Both the position numbers and the translations under genes were made by a program. From a virus (lineage: Duplodnaviria; Caudoviricetes): a stretch of 55,802 bases of DNA. Every line of letters starts with the position of its first letter. Position 1 is the stretch's first letter. The stretch lies in the IMG/VR virus record IMGVR_UViG_3300011252_000208, positions 1-55,802 of that record, one strand, 5' to 3'. This document shows, piece by piece, positions 27,210 to 35,058 of the stretch. The notes under the pieces are model-generated. The model worked only from the letters and a program-made list of their open reading frames with translations. It searched no databases and was not told the origin of the DNA.

Positions 27210-27515
27210 TTACACCGACACCCATTCACTGTCGCCAAGCTCCCGAACAGTCTCACCGTCCTTGACAAGATACTGCCGCAGGTTACGCTGACATACGCGA
27301 TAATCAGAACCGCTGAGTTCTAACAGGCCGTTGATACGATCCCGCGTTGTGACGGTGGGCCAATCTGCGAGAGTAAACCACAGTTTACTTTTGCCTCGCT
27401 CTGCGATCAAGTTTCCGTGCAGCCATACACTATAGCCGTCCGTATTAGTCCGCTGTGCCGAAGCCTTCTCACCTTTTAAGAAAGCGGACATGATTTTCTT
27501 TGTTTCTTTTCTCAT
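27210..27515 (-). CDS. Hypothetical early protein
   Basis: LHGNLIA...WPTVTTRDRING; RBS GAAAGGA; own promoter. Confidence 0.75.
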   Translation of the reverse strand: MRKETKKIMSAFLKGEKASAQRTNTDGYSVWLHGNLIAERGKSKLWFTLADWPTVTTRDRINGLLELSGSDYRVCQRNLRQYLVKDGETVRELGDSEWVSV

Positions 27516-27546
27516 GTGTCTGTCCTTTCATTTACTAGACAAACAA

Positions 27547-27575
27547 CATGTATCCCACATTATCCCACATGTCAA
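27547..27575 (-). promoter_or_regulatory. Promoter with tandem TATCCCACAT boxes in the spacer
   Basis: - strand TTGACATGTGGGATAATGTGGGATACATG. Confidence 0.65.
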
Positions 27576-27599
27576 CAATTAAAATAATAAAGTTGAAAT

Positions 27600-27670
27600 A
27601 AAAAAACCCCCGCTGTTGCAGTGCGAAACCTAGCCGAGCGGGGGTAGTTGAGTAAAGAGGAGTAATGCAG
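27600..27670 (-). ncRNA. Candidate ~70-nt sRNA with anti-SD
   Basis: TTGACA(27703-27698)-N17-CATCTT promoter; no ATG; UACUCCUCUUU; ACCCCCGCT/AGCGGGGGT stem plus T tract. Confidence 0.45.
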
Positions 27671-28040
27671 CGCCAAGATGCCTGACCCCGGCCTGTTTGT
27701 CAAACGCGAACAATTGTTCGGGTTGTGATTGCCGGGGGTCAAGGTCTGTCAACGGTTGACCCCCGGTTCTGCCCGGCGACCCAAAGTGTACCCGGCAGGT
27801 TCCCCGGAACCCCGATCCCGAACAATTGTGCGGGTTCCCCGACCCGGCCCGATCCCGGCCCGATTGCAGGCAACCGGGGGTAAAAGACTTAACATAATAC
27901 TTGTTTGTGATAGGGGGGCTACAGTACCCGAACAAGTCTTCGGGTACCCCGACCCCCGAAAGACCCGACTTGGCCCCCTGCGGGCCTTCAGATCGCCCCG
28001 ACGATGGCCCTGCGGCCCTACCCGCCAAGCCCAGCCCCGA

Positions 28041-28547
28041 TCAGTGCGGCTTTTCGCTAATTTCTGTTAAGTGTTCTGGTTCTGTTGCTTCAGGTGTTAC
28101 ATCGATCATTCGGCTTTTAGCCCGATCCATGATGACTTGCAGCTTTTTAGTTATTTCGTCTTTATCCATGCTGTCTATTTTTTCGTGCGTTACATGGCTG
28201 CGGTTGACCATGAGGCCGGCCACTTTGAGGCGCAGTTCTTCTGCTTTAATTGCTGCGCTATAGTTTCCTGCGGCCCACGCTTCATCGCGGAGCATCTGCA
28301 TATCCCGAACAGATTTGGTTATGTTGACTCCATACTTTGATTCTAGTTCGACGCGCATTTCTTCTAGTCGTTCCCGAACGTGTGGCGTGTTGAGTAGTTG
28401 CACGGCTTGTACGTTTGGGTGTTTGTATCCTGCGGCTCTAGCTGCTGCTGTTTGTGTCATGTCTTTATGCAGGAAGTTATTTAGGAATGTTTGCTGCTGT
28501 GGTTTGAGTGAAGGCCCGTTTGGATTTTTTTCCCCGACTTTTGGCAT
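28041..28547 (-). CDS. terS: Terminase small subunit
   Basis: LKPQQQTF...TQTAAARAAGYK...AVQLLNTPHV HTH; AIKAEEL; start at MPKVG uncertain (alternative 28598). Confidence 0.8.
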   Translation of the reverse strand: MPKVGEKNPNGPSLKPQQQTFLNNFLHKDMTQTAAARAAGYKHPNVQAVQLLNTPHVRERLEEMRVELESKYGVNITKSVRDMQMLRDEAWAAGNYSAAIKAEELRLKVAGLMVNRSHVTHEKIDSMDKDEITKKLQVIMDRAKSRMIDVTPEATEPEHLTEISEKPH

Positions 28548-28644
28548 GCTGCGAATCCCTGCTGTGGTGCCCCCGATCAATAGCACATTATCCCACAAGT
28601 GCGCAAGTCCTTATCACGGTATTGGCGGCATTAGATTAACATCA

Positions 28645-28860
28645 AGGGGGGGTAGTATATATACCCCCCTGTAAAGGGGGTACCGTGCTTACCGTAAAAT
28701 AACGCATTGATTTTATTCAACAATTTACGGTAAAACGGGTTTTTACCGTGCTTACCGTAAATCCTTAACCCATTGATATTGTTTAACATTCTACGTTACG
28801 TTAAGCGCGGTAAAATTTAACGTGAATTTTTTTACCGTAAATTATCCAATGAAATCAATG
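28645..28860. promoter_or_regulatory. Origin-like element with iterons and IHF-consensus sites
   Basis: G-run/C-run inverted repeat; TACCGTGCTTACCGTAAA x2; more TTACCGT copies; two WATCAANNNNTTR matches on - strand. Confidence 0.6.
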
Positions 28861-28906
28861 GGGCGGTTTTTAGTGAAAATGGCTATTATTTTATTTACAT
28901 TTGCTA

Positions 28907-28939
28907 TTGACACTAGGACTTTCTGGGATTAGGTATGGT
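28907..28939 (+). promoter_or_regulatory. Sigma70-type promoter of + strand cassette
   Basis: TTGACA-N17-TAGGTA with TGGGAT in the spacer. Confidence 0.55.
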
Positions 28940-28970
28940 GTTATCTTTTATAGCAAAAGGAAAATGACAA

Positions 28971-29393
28971 ATGAAACCACAAGAGATATTTGACGCAGCT
29001 TCGGTTCATTTGATGGGCATGGACGGCCCGTCATTGGACGAGAACAATGACGCTTGCGTGTACCGTGGGTATGACGATGATTGTGAGTACAACGGTCAGA
29101 AGTGTGCCGTTGGCTTGTTCATTGCTGACGAGTATTACAGCCCCGACTTAGAGGGTCAGGGTATAAGCGGTGGACAGGCTGTTGCTGACGCTGTTGCGGC
29201 GTCATGGGGTCAAGATGATTTAACTGTCGATCAGATAAGTTTGTTGGCTGATTTACAGAACGCGCATGATGAAACGTCTAGGGGCAGTTCGTTAATACCT
29301 GACCATACTTGGTCTAAGAACATTGTTGCCGCTTTAGACGGTGTAGCCACCAAGTTTCACCTACGCTTTGATCCGAAGGGGGCCAGCGCATGA
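28971..29393 (+). CDS. Conserved phage hypothetical protein
   Basis: QEIFD...CVYRG...KCAVG...DLQNAHD; RBS AAAGGA. Confidence 0.75.
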   Translation: MKPQEIFDAASVHLMGMDGPSLDENNDACVYRGYDDDCEYNGQKCAVGLFIADEYYSPDLEGQGISGGQAVADAVAASWGQDDLTVDQISLLADLQNAHDETSRGSSLIPDHTWSKNIVAALDGVATKFHLRFDPKGASA

Positions 29394-29671
29394 TACGTTT
29401 AACAGACATTGCGGGACGCAAGACGCTTGCGGTTACGTTGGGAGAGCGCACGGGTGAGGACATTCATTACAGCGAAGTTTGTGCTGATGATAAGTATGTT
29501 TATCGCCACAACTCTGAGTATCCTGACGAAGTTGAGCTTTATGAGATTCCGCTTTCCATGTGCGCAGAGGTTTATGACGATGTTGCATATGACAAGTCGC
29601 CGTTTGTAGACCCGAACAATTTCAGTCGTGATTCACAGCGCGGCGTTCGTGGGTTTTCCCGTGAAGTATGA
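29390..29671 (+). CDS. Hypothetical protein
   Basis: ATGA coupling with the upstream gene. Confidence 0.65.
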   Translation: MIRLTDIAGRKTLAVTLGERTGEDIHYSEVCADDKYVYRHNSEYPDEVELYEIPLSMCAEVYDDVAYDKSPFVDPNNFSRDSQRGVRGFSREV

Positions 29672-29768
29672 TTTGAAGGACATGGCGTGGTCGGTAGTTG
29701 TACTGCTGACCATTGCTGCAATCACGTTCGTCATTTTGGCGATGTAACTAGCAGAGAGGATGCTAACG

Positions 29769-30014
29769 ATGGATTACAAGATTAATTCTGGGGTTCCGAT
29801 CCCCGACGTTGTTTCGGGTAAGAAGAGGGGCAGGGGCAAGTGGCAAGTTTTGCTTTCGTCCATGTCTGAGGGCGATTGCGTTGATATACCTAGCGGGTCG
29901 TATAACAGCATTTACGTTGCTGCGTCCCGATTGGGCATTACTTTAATGAGCAGACGCGAGGCTGATGGTTTGGCTGATGGATTTGTTCGCATTTGGCGTG
30001 TGTCAGATGGATGA
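29769..30014 (+). CDS. Small protein, paralog of 34777..35058
   Basis: KINSGVPIP...MSEGDCV...VRIWRV. Confidence 0.7.
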   Translation: MDYKINSGVPIPDVVSGKKRGRGKWQVLLSSMSEGDCVDIPSGSYNSIYVAASRLGITLMSRREADGLADGFVRIWRVSDG

Positions 30015-30237
30015 TACTGTTCACATTCCTTACATTGTTGATCGTTTGGACGAGATTATTGATCTTTATGAAACTGAGGATGATTCGTTAAGCGCGGTTG
30101 AGGAATTGCGCCGTGAGTTGATTTTCAACATGGGGGTTAATTCGTTGGCCCGACATAAAGATCAGGACAAGAAGATATTGGATGGGTCGTATTTCCCGCC
30201 TGTGATTAAGCTGCGGGGTGTTCCAGATGATGATTGA
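30007..30237 (+). CDS. Hypothetical protein
   Basis: Start moved to MDDTVHIP; overlaps neighbours. Confidence 0.6.
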   Translation: MDDTVHIPYIVDRLDEIIDLYETEDDSLSAVEELRRELIFNMGVNSLARHKDQDKKILDGSYFPPVIKLRGVPDDD

Positions 30238-30382
30238 TTGCCCTGAGTGTTCACATTCTGACCGTAAGGGTGAGGTAGAACACGAACAATTTAAGATGAC
30301 TTCATACGGTGTTTATGAGCCGTTTGGGGTTTGGAAGACTTGTGAGAACTGTTCTGGTTCTGGCGAGATTGAAGCCGATTAA
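30227..30382 (+). CDS. Small DnaJ-type zinc-finger protein (51 aa)
   Basis: Not in ORF track; CPEC...CENCSGSG. Confidence 0.65.
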   Translation: MMIDCPECSHSDRKGEVEHEQFKMTSYGVYEPFGVWKTCENCSGSGEIEAD

Positions 30383-30395
30383 AAGGATGAATGTA

Positions 30396-30824
30396 ATGGC
30401 TGATAAGAATAAAAGAAAACTTACGCCTACGAAACGCGCTATGAAGCCGTGGACGGGTAAAGAGATTGACCAGTTGCTTGAGTACAAGGCAACGGGTTTT
30501 AAGCACAGCGAGATTGGTGAGCTTATGGGTCGATCCACTAAGTCGATCAATGTTAAGATTTCCAAGATACGTCTTGGTGTTGAGGCGGCGAGTAATCCTG
30601 TTGAGGATTTAACGCCATTCCAGAAAAATCTGGACTCGACGTTATTTGGGGAAGTTTCCCCCGATGACAAGCCTAAGAAGCCCCGTAAGCCCCGCGCAAC
30701 GAAGCTATCACTGACTCCGCAACCGAAGGCTGCTGATGCGTTTAACGTGCCTAAGAAGCCCGTTTATGTGGCTGTTGTGTTGGTTTTGGTGATTGTTGCT
30801 TGGTACTTAGGTAGCATGTCGTAA
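30396..30824 (+). CDS. HTH protein (GcrA N-terminus/Myb-like) with C-terminal transmembrane segment
   Basis: WTGKEIDQLL...SEIGELMGRSTKSINVKISKIRL; VYVAVVLVLVIVAWYL. Confidence 0.65.
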   Translation: MADKNKRKLTPTKRAMKPWTGKEIDQLLEYKATGFKHSEIGELMGRSTKSINVKISKIRLGVEAASNPVEDLTPFQKNLDSTLFGEVSPDDKPKKPRKPRATKLSLTPQPKAADAFNVPKKPVYVAVVLVLVIVAWYLGSMS

Positions 30825-30926
30825 GTGCAAAGTTGGGGGCGGCAATGACATGATTTGATCCAGCGAGGTTAAATCAAACCGCCCCCACATTTTGTTTATC
30901 ATTCATAGCGAAAAGGAACAACTAAA

Positions 30927-31202
30927 ATGCCGAAGTTTAATAACATAGAAGAAAAGCAGAAGTTTTTCCGCAATGCCATGCGGAAACTTGATACAGGTTT
31001 GCCAAAGGAAGCCAGCCCAGATTTGATAAAGTTTTTTGTGCTTCATGTGATAACGGCTTATGACCATGATGATTGTTGGGATGATGTTAAAGGGTTTGTT
31101 GACTTTGCTTTAAAAGAGAAGAGTCAATTTGATTCAGCTAGACAGGCGGTAGAAGATGCTGATAACATGTTGGATGCAATAACAAACAGCAAAGACAGAT
31201 GA
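30927..31202 (+). CDS. Hypothetical protein
   Basis: TAGCGAAAAGGA leader. Confidence 0.7.
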   Translation: MPKFNNIEEKQKFFRNAMRKLDTGLPKEASPDLIKFFVLHVITAYDHDDCWDDVKGFVDFALKEKSQFDSARQAVEDADNMLDAITNSKDR

Positions 31203-31435
31203 TGCAACCAGAAGATTTAGAAAGAATTGCGGCGGGGCTTCTTAACGAAGTACCCGCTAATTTTTCGACTGCTGACTTACGCGATTTAATAGTCGAACTT
31301 TTGTTCGGGTTAGGCGTGAGTCCATCAGATTTGCCGATGTTTTGTTTACTGCTGATTGATAAATACGTGGCGGATAATAAGATAGAAGAGTCCCGACAAA
31401 GAAAAACCCCGCCCGATTATGGGCAGGGTTTGTGA
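31199..31435 (+). CDS. Hypothetical protein
   Basis: ATGA coupling. Confidence 0.6.
   Translation: MMQPEDLERIAAGLLNEVPANFSTADLRDLIVELLFGLGVSPSDLPMFCLLLIDKYVADNKIEESRQRKTPPDYGQGL
31402..31432. terminator. Probable bidirectional terminator between convergent units
   Basis: AAAAACCCCGCCC-GATTAT-GGGCAGGGTTT. Confidence 0.55.
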
Positions 31436-31456
31436 CTTTCAGCATGTTGCGTGGGA

Positions 31457-31798
31457 TTATCTATAGCGACTGCCCATTCGCGGCAATGGTTTAGACGGGT
31501 TTCTATCGGGCCATTCGTACACGGCTTCGCCATGCAGCGGCCTTGATTCTAGGTGTCCTTCTTTTACGAGGTTTCGCAGTAGTTCTTGCGCTACATCGTC
31601 TTTGACACGCATTTTTCTGGCGAGGTCTTTGATTGTCCAAGCGTCTCTAGTTTTGATTGTGTCGAAGGCTATAGCCATGAGGTCTACTTTGGCCCCATAG
31701 TTACGCCCGACGATAGCTTGAGTTGGTTGTGCTATTAGCTGATGACGTAGGTTTTCGATTCTCGCTAGTTCTATATATGTTGGATTTAATCCACTCAT
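31457..31798 (-). CDS. Winged-HTH domain protein
   Basis: WTIKDLARKMRVKDDVAQELLRNLVKEGHL. Confidence 0.65.
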   Translation of the reverse strand: MSGLNPTYIELARIENLRHQLIAQPTQAIVGRNYGAKVDLMAIAFDTIKTRDAWTIKDLARKMRVKDDVAQELLRNLVKEGHLESRPLHGEAVYEWPDRNPSKPLPRMGSRYR

Positions 31799-31986
31799 AT
31801 TTTTTTCCCCCATGATCTTAGATCACTAACATATCGTTCTAGTTCTGTACGCGCTACCCACAGATCGTTTTGTGCGTTGGGTAGTGGGCTTTTTTTGAAT
31901 GTTTCGTCTTGCAGTCTATCGACTCTGCCGCGCAGGAACTTTAGTTCTGATTCTTGCGCGGGTGTTAGGCCCGTTTCTAGTCCCAC
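31795..31986 (-). CDS. Hypothetical protein
   Basis: Overlaps neighbours in the operon. Confidence 0.6.
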   Translation of the reverse strand: MGLETGLTPAQESELKFLRGRVDRLQDETFKKSPLPNAQNDLWVARTELERYVSDLRSWGKKI

Positions 31987-32216
31987 ATTGCGTCCCCTTC
32001 TAGGACGATTGCAGGCCCGACTAGCCTGCGCCCAGCGATCATGCTGGCTTGAATATTAACGGGAAGATCGTGCATTAGACCCTCTTCGTTAATTATGAGT
32101 TGCATTTTTTCTGGGTTCATTAGTGGAACCATTTCCACCAGCCCCCCGACAATCGCTTGCGCTTCTTCTAGCGTAGGCTGTTTGTCTTTAAAGAAGTGTA
32201 ACATTTTTTCTGCCAT
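31977..32216 (-). CDS. DUF3846-like protein
   Basis: PTLEEAQAIVGGLVE...IINEEG...LPVN..AS. Confidence 0.7.
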   Translation of the reverse strand: MAEKMLHFFKDKQPTLEEAQAIVGGLVEMVPLMNPEKMQLIINEEGLMHDLPVNIQASMIAGRRLVGPAIVLEGDAMWD

Positions 32217-32231
32217 TTTGTATCCTTTGCT

Positions 32232-32279
32232 ATTACGGCGTTATTTCCCAATTTGGGTAATTACGGCGTTATTTCCCAA
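32232..32279. repeat. 20-bp direct repeat x2
   Basis: ATTACGGCGTTATTTCCCAA at 32232 and 32260. Confidence 0.85.
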
Positions 32280-32344
32280 AACGGATTAAAATACGCATTT
32301 AAATCCGCTCCCAAGGATTAGCACATCATGGCATGCGTGTAAAT

Positions 32345-32465
32345 AAAAAAAACCCTCACCGCGGCAACGGTAAGGGTTTATAACTTAACGAAAGGATCGT
32401 TATGTTTATTTGAACTTTGTAGCTGTAACTACCTAGCAAAATGTAAGAGCGACCTAACCCTTAAT
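32345..32465 (-). ncRNA. Candidate ~120-nt sRNA with anti-SD hairpin
   Basis: Promoter TTGCAT-N17-TAGGAA; no ATG; TAACG-ATCCTTT-CGTTA hairpin; terminator at 32345-32379. Confidence 0.5.
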
Positions 32466-32508
32466 TCCCAATTCCTAGCATAAGGTTTTATGTTATGCAA
32501 GCCTTTAT

Positions 32509-34719
32509 TTATAAATTTTCTCGCGCTGTTCTGGCTTCATATTCGCCACGGCTTAACGGCCCACCTGCAACGCCCAGCCACTTATTTACACCTGACTGTG
32601 TTAGCCTGTAGGTATCAACGCGCCCTGCCTCTTGCAGTGCTGTTATGGTGTTTTTAACTGTGCTTTCTCCAATGTGTTTCAGTGCGATTACGCATGGTTC
32701 ACCTGACGAACTTGTTCGTATTGCTTCATGCGCTCCGTCATTAGCGCCGCCTTTTGTGACTGCATTTCCGTCAGCTTCCATCATGGCTAAGAAGTCGAAC
32801 ATGTGTTGGAGTCTGTTTCTGACCGCGTCTGACAGCGCCAAGTTGCGTATATCTTCTGACCTATCTTCTAACAAACCTGTGTTCGGGTTTCGGATAAAGT
32901 GTCTTATGTCCCGATTAGCTGGCCCGTTGGCTTTGACCACAGCGCCATCGAACACGGTGTTACGTGCATAATCCACGTTGAGGTCTTTACATCGCTGTCT
33001 GCCTAGCCGTTCTTCTACGTTCCACACGGTAAATGCGCAGCGGACGCCATCAACGATAGCTGACGTACCCCGAATGAGATTACGCGCTTGTTCTGGTGTT
33101 GTGACGGGATCGTTGTCTTTGATTTTAGCCATGTGGTGATTGACCATGACTGTAGCGCCTGTTTCAGTTGATATTTGCGCAAGCATACCCATAAATGCGG
33201 CTCCTGCGGCTGGATCAGCGTTTACATCTGCGTGTACGAATGACGCCATTGGGTCGATAACCAGCAGTGCGAGATTTTGCATTTCTAAGATTTGATCGTA
33301 GATGCGTCCAAACTCTTCGCCCATGACGTAGCTGTTGTCGATCTTTTGCATGATTGGAAACACACCGCCGAGGTTAGGTAACGGCAGGATTTTTAAATTG
33401 TTCGGGTATTCGCGGCGCTTGCCCATAGGGTCCATGCGTTCTATTCGCCTGTGCATTTCGTCTTTATCATCTTCTGCGGATAGAATTATTGCATCCCCGA
33501 ATGTGGATACCATACCCCCGAAAGCTGATTGCATGGGTTCGCCCGATGCGACTTTCATTGCTAGGTCTAGGGTCATCATGCCTTTACCGCTATCGCCAGC
33601 GGCGGCGAATATGGTTGGAACGCCTAGCGGTATTGTGCCGTTGATTAGGTACTCTTGTTCGGGTGCGCGACCTACAAAGTAAGTCCCGATGTTTAGGCTA
33701 TCGTCCAGCAGGTGTATTGGCTTTTTGATTTTGCTTTGGCTACTGCGGATAAACCTGTGAACGTCAAATTGTTCGTCTAGTGCGTCTGCGGCATCCCACT
33801 TTTCTGGTTTTCCGAATGGCGCACGTAGCATGAGAGTTGATTTTGCCCCTGCATCTTTGGCGAGGCGTTCTACGAGTGCAGCCAAGTCCCGACCTGCTTT
33901 ATCGTTGTCGGGCCAAAGGATTACGTCTTTGCCCTCAAGTGGTGAGAAATCAAACTTATGGGCGACACGTTCCGATAGCATGCCTGCGCCCCCGATAGTA
34001 CAGGTAGCTGCAAAGCCCATGCTGGTTAGTGCATCAGCGCATTTCTCGCCTTCCGCCCATATAACTGTTTCTGCATCCAAAATGTTCGGGATGTTATATA
34101 GGGGTCTTGGCTCTGGCAGACCCATACGCCCGTTCATAAACTGGCGAAATTGTTTTTTAACTTCGCCGTCTTCGCTTTCTTCCACGTATTTACGGACTGT
34201 GACAAGCACAACGCCGTCAGCGTCAGTGTATGTATATTCCGCATCGTATGGTGTATCTAAATTGTAGACCTTTTTTGCGCCTACTTGTTCGGGTTGTTGC
34301 AGCGGAATTGGTTCCGGGCTTGGTACGTTGGCAAGTTCGGGTTTGATTGGGTTTTCTGGCGCTGGCTCTTGTGGCGTTCCGAGGAAAGATTGATAGTGCG
34401 CGGCGACTTCTCTGCTAGTCCAGCCCCGACCTTCCATGAGGATTTTGGTTATACCCCCGATGCCATCACCTGTGGCCCAATCCTGACCGCGCATGAAGTT
34501 GGGGCCATGAATATCTATGTTGATTTGTAACGAACTACCCGCTTCGCCTTGAAACGACCCGATCATAAATGTAGTGCCGTGACGCACACCATTTGGGTAT
34601 GTATCGAACAAATCTTGAAGCTGTGTTGTGCGTGGCACAAGGTTGGAAATTTTATCTGTAAGCTGGCTAGTTGTGTTGCCAAAGCGCAATATTGTCATTA
34701 TGTTGTCCTTATCACTCAT
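32509..34719 (-). CDS. Primase-helicase (TOPRIM plus RepA/AAA_25 helicase)
   Basis: AEGEKCAD, WPDNDKAG and WDAAD TOPRIM motifs; AAGDSGKG Walker A, LLVIDP, NHHMAK, RGTSAIVDGVR. Confidence 0.9.
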   Translation of the reverse strand: MSDKDNIMTILRFGNTTSQLTDKISNLVPRTTQLQDLFDTYPNGVRHGTTFMIGSFQGEAGSSLQINIDIHGPNFMRGQDWATGDGIGGITKILMEGRGWTSREVAAHYQSFLGTPQEPAPENPIKPELANVPSPEPIPLQQPEQVGAKKVYNLDTPYDAEYTYTDADGVVLVTVRKYVEESEDGEVKKQFRQFMNGRMGLPEPRPLYNIPNILDAETVIWAEGEKCADALTSMGFAATCTIGGAGMLSERVAHKFDFSPLEGKDVILWPDNDKAGRDLAALVERLAKDAGAKSTLMLRAPFGKPEKWDAADALDEQFDVHRFIRSSQSKIKKPIHLLDDSLNIGTYFVGRAPEQEYLINGTIPLGVPTIFAAAGDSGKGMMTLDLAMKVASGEPMQSAFGGMVSTFGDAIILSAEDDKDEMHRRIERMDPMGKRREYPNNLKILPLPNLGGVFPIMQKIDNSYVMGEEFGRIYDQILEMQNLALLVIDPMASFVHADVNADPAAGAAFMGMLAQISTETGATVMVNHHMAKIKDNDPVTTPEQARNLIRGTSAIVDGVRCAFTVWNVEERLGRQRCKDLNVDYARNTVFDGAVVKANGPANRDIRHFIRNPNTGLLEDRSEDIRNLALSDAVRNRLQHMFDFLAMMEADGNAVTKGGANDGAHEAIRTSSSGEPCVIALKHIGESTVKNTITALQEAGRVDTYRLTQSGVNKWLGVAGGPLSRGEYEARTARENL

Positions 34720-34776
34720 CCTGATACAAAATGTGGGGTGTTCCGATCAGCCTTGGAATGCCCCACTATTGCTGTT

Positions 34777-35058
34777 TTATTCAATTCGCCAAACCCTGTA
34801 GCAAACCCAACTAGAGTCAATGATTCTGGCTGTTTCTGGAACATGTTCGGGTTCTGCCTCATAGTCTCTTCTTTTTATAGTTTTAAACCCATGTTTTTTA
34901 GCACACGTTTTAAAATACTCTGCACGGGAATTTGCGTGTGGGAACTCGCCATCTCCCACGAATAAAACACTGTCACCAATTTCCAAACGCGCAGCAATGT
35001 TAAGGGTTTTGCTATCGGCAGAAGGAATTGGTACATTTTTATCAATTTTTAGTGTCAT
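34777..35058 (-). CDS. Small protein, paralog of 29769..30014
   Basis: KIDKNVPIP...LEIGDSV...YRVWRI. Confidence 0.7.
   Translation of the reverse strand: MTLKIDKNVPIPSADSKTLNIAARLEIGDSVLFVGDGEFPHANSRAEYFKTCAKKHGFKTIKRRDYEAEPEHVPETARIIDSSWVCYRVWRIE

Noticed and set aside
25900-28040. CRISPR or mini-array interpretation of the repeated palindromes
   Set aside because: Spacing is irregular (about 100-970 bp) with genes in between; no repeat-spacer periodicity
27630-28070. Pro/Gly/Arg-rich ORFs on both strands
   Set aside because: By-products of CCCGA/CCGG repeats in GC-rich non-coding DNA
32232-32279. 20-bp direct repeat as CRISPR or att site
   Set aside because: Only two copies 8 bp apart in a 5' leader; no integrase
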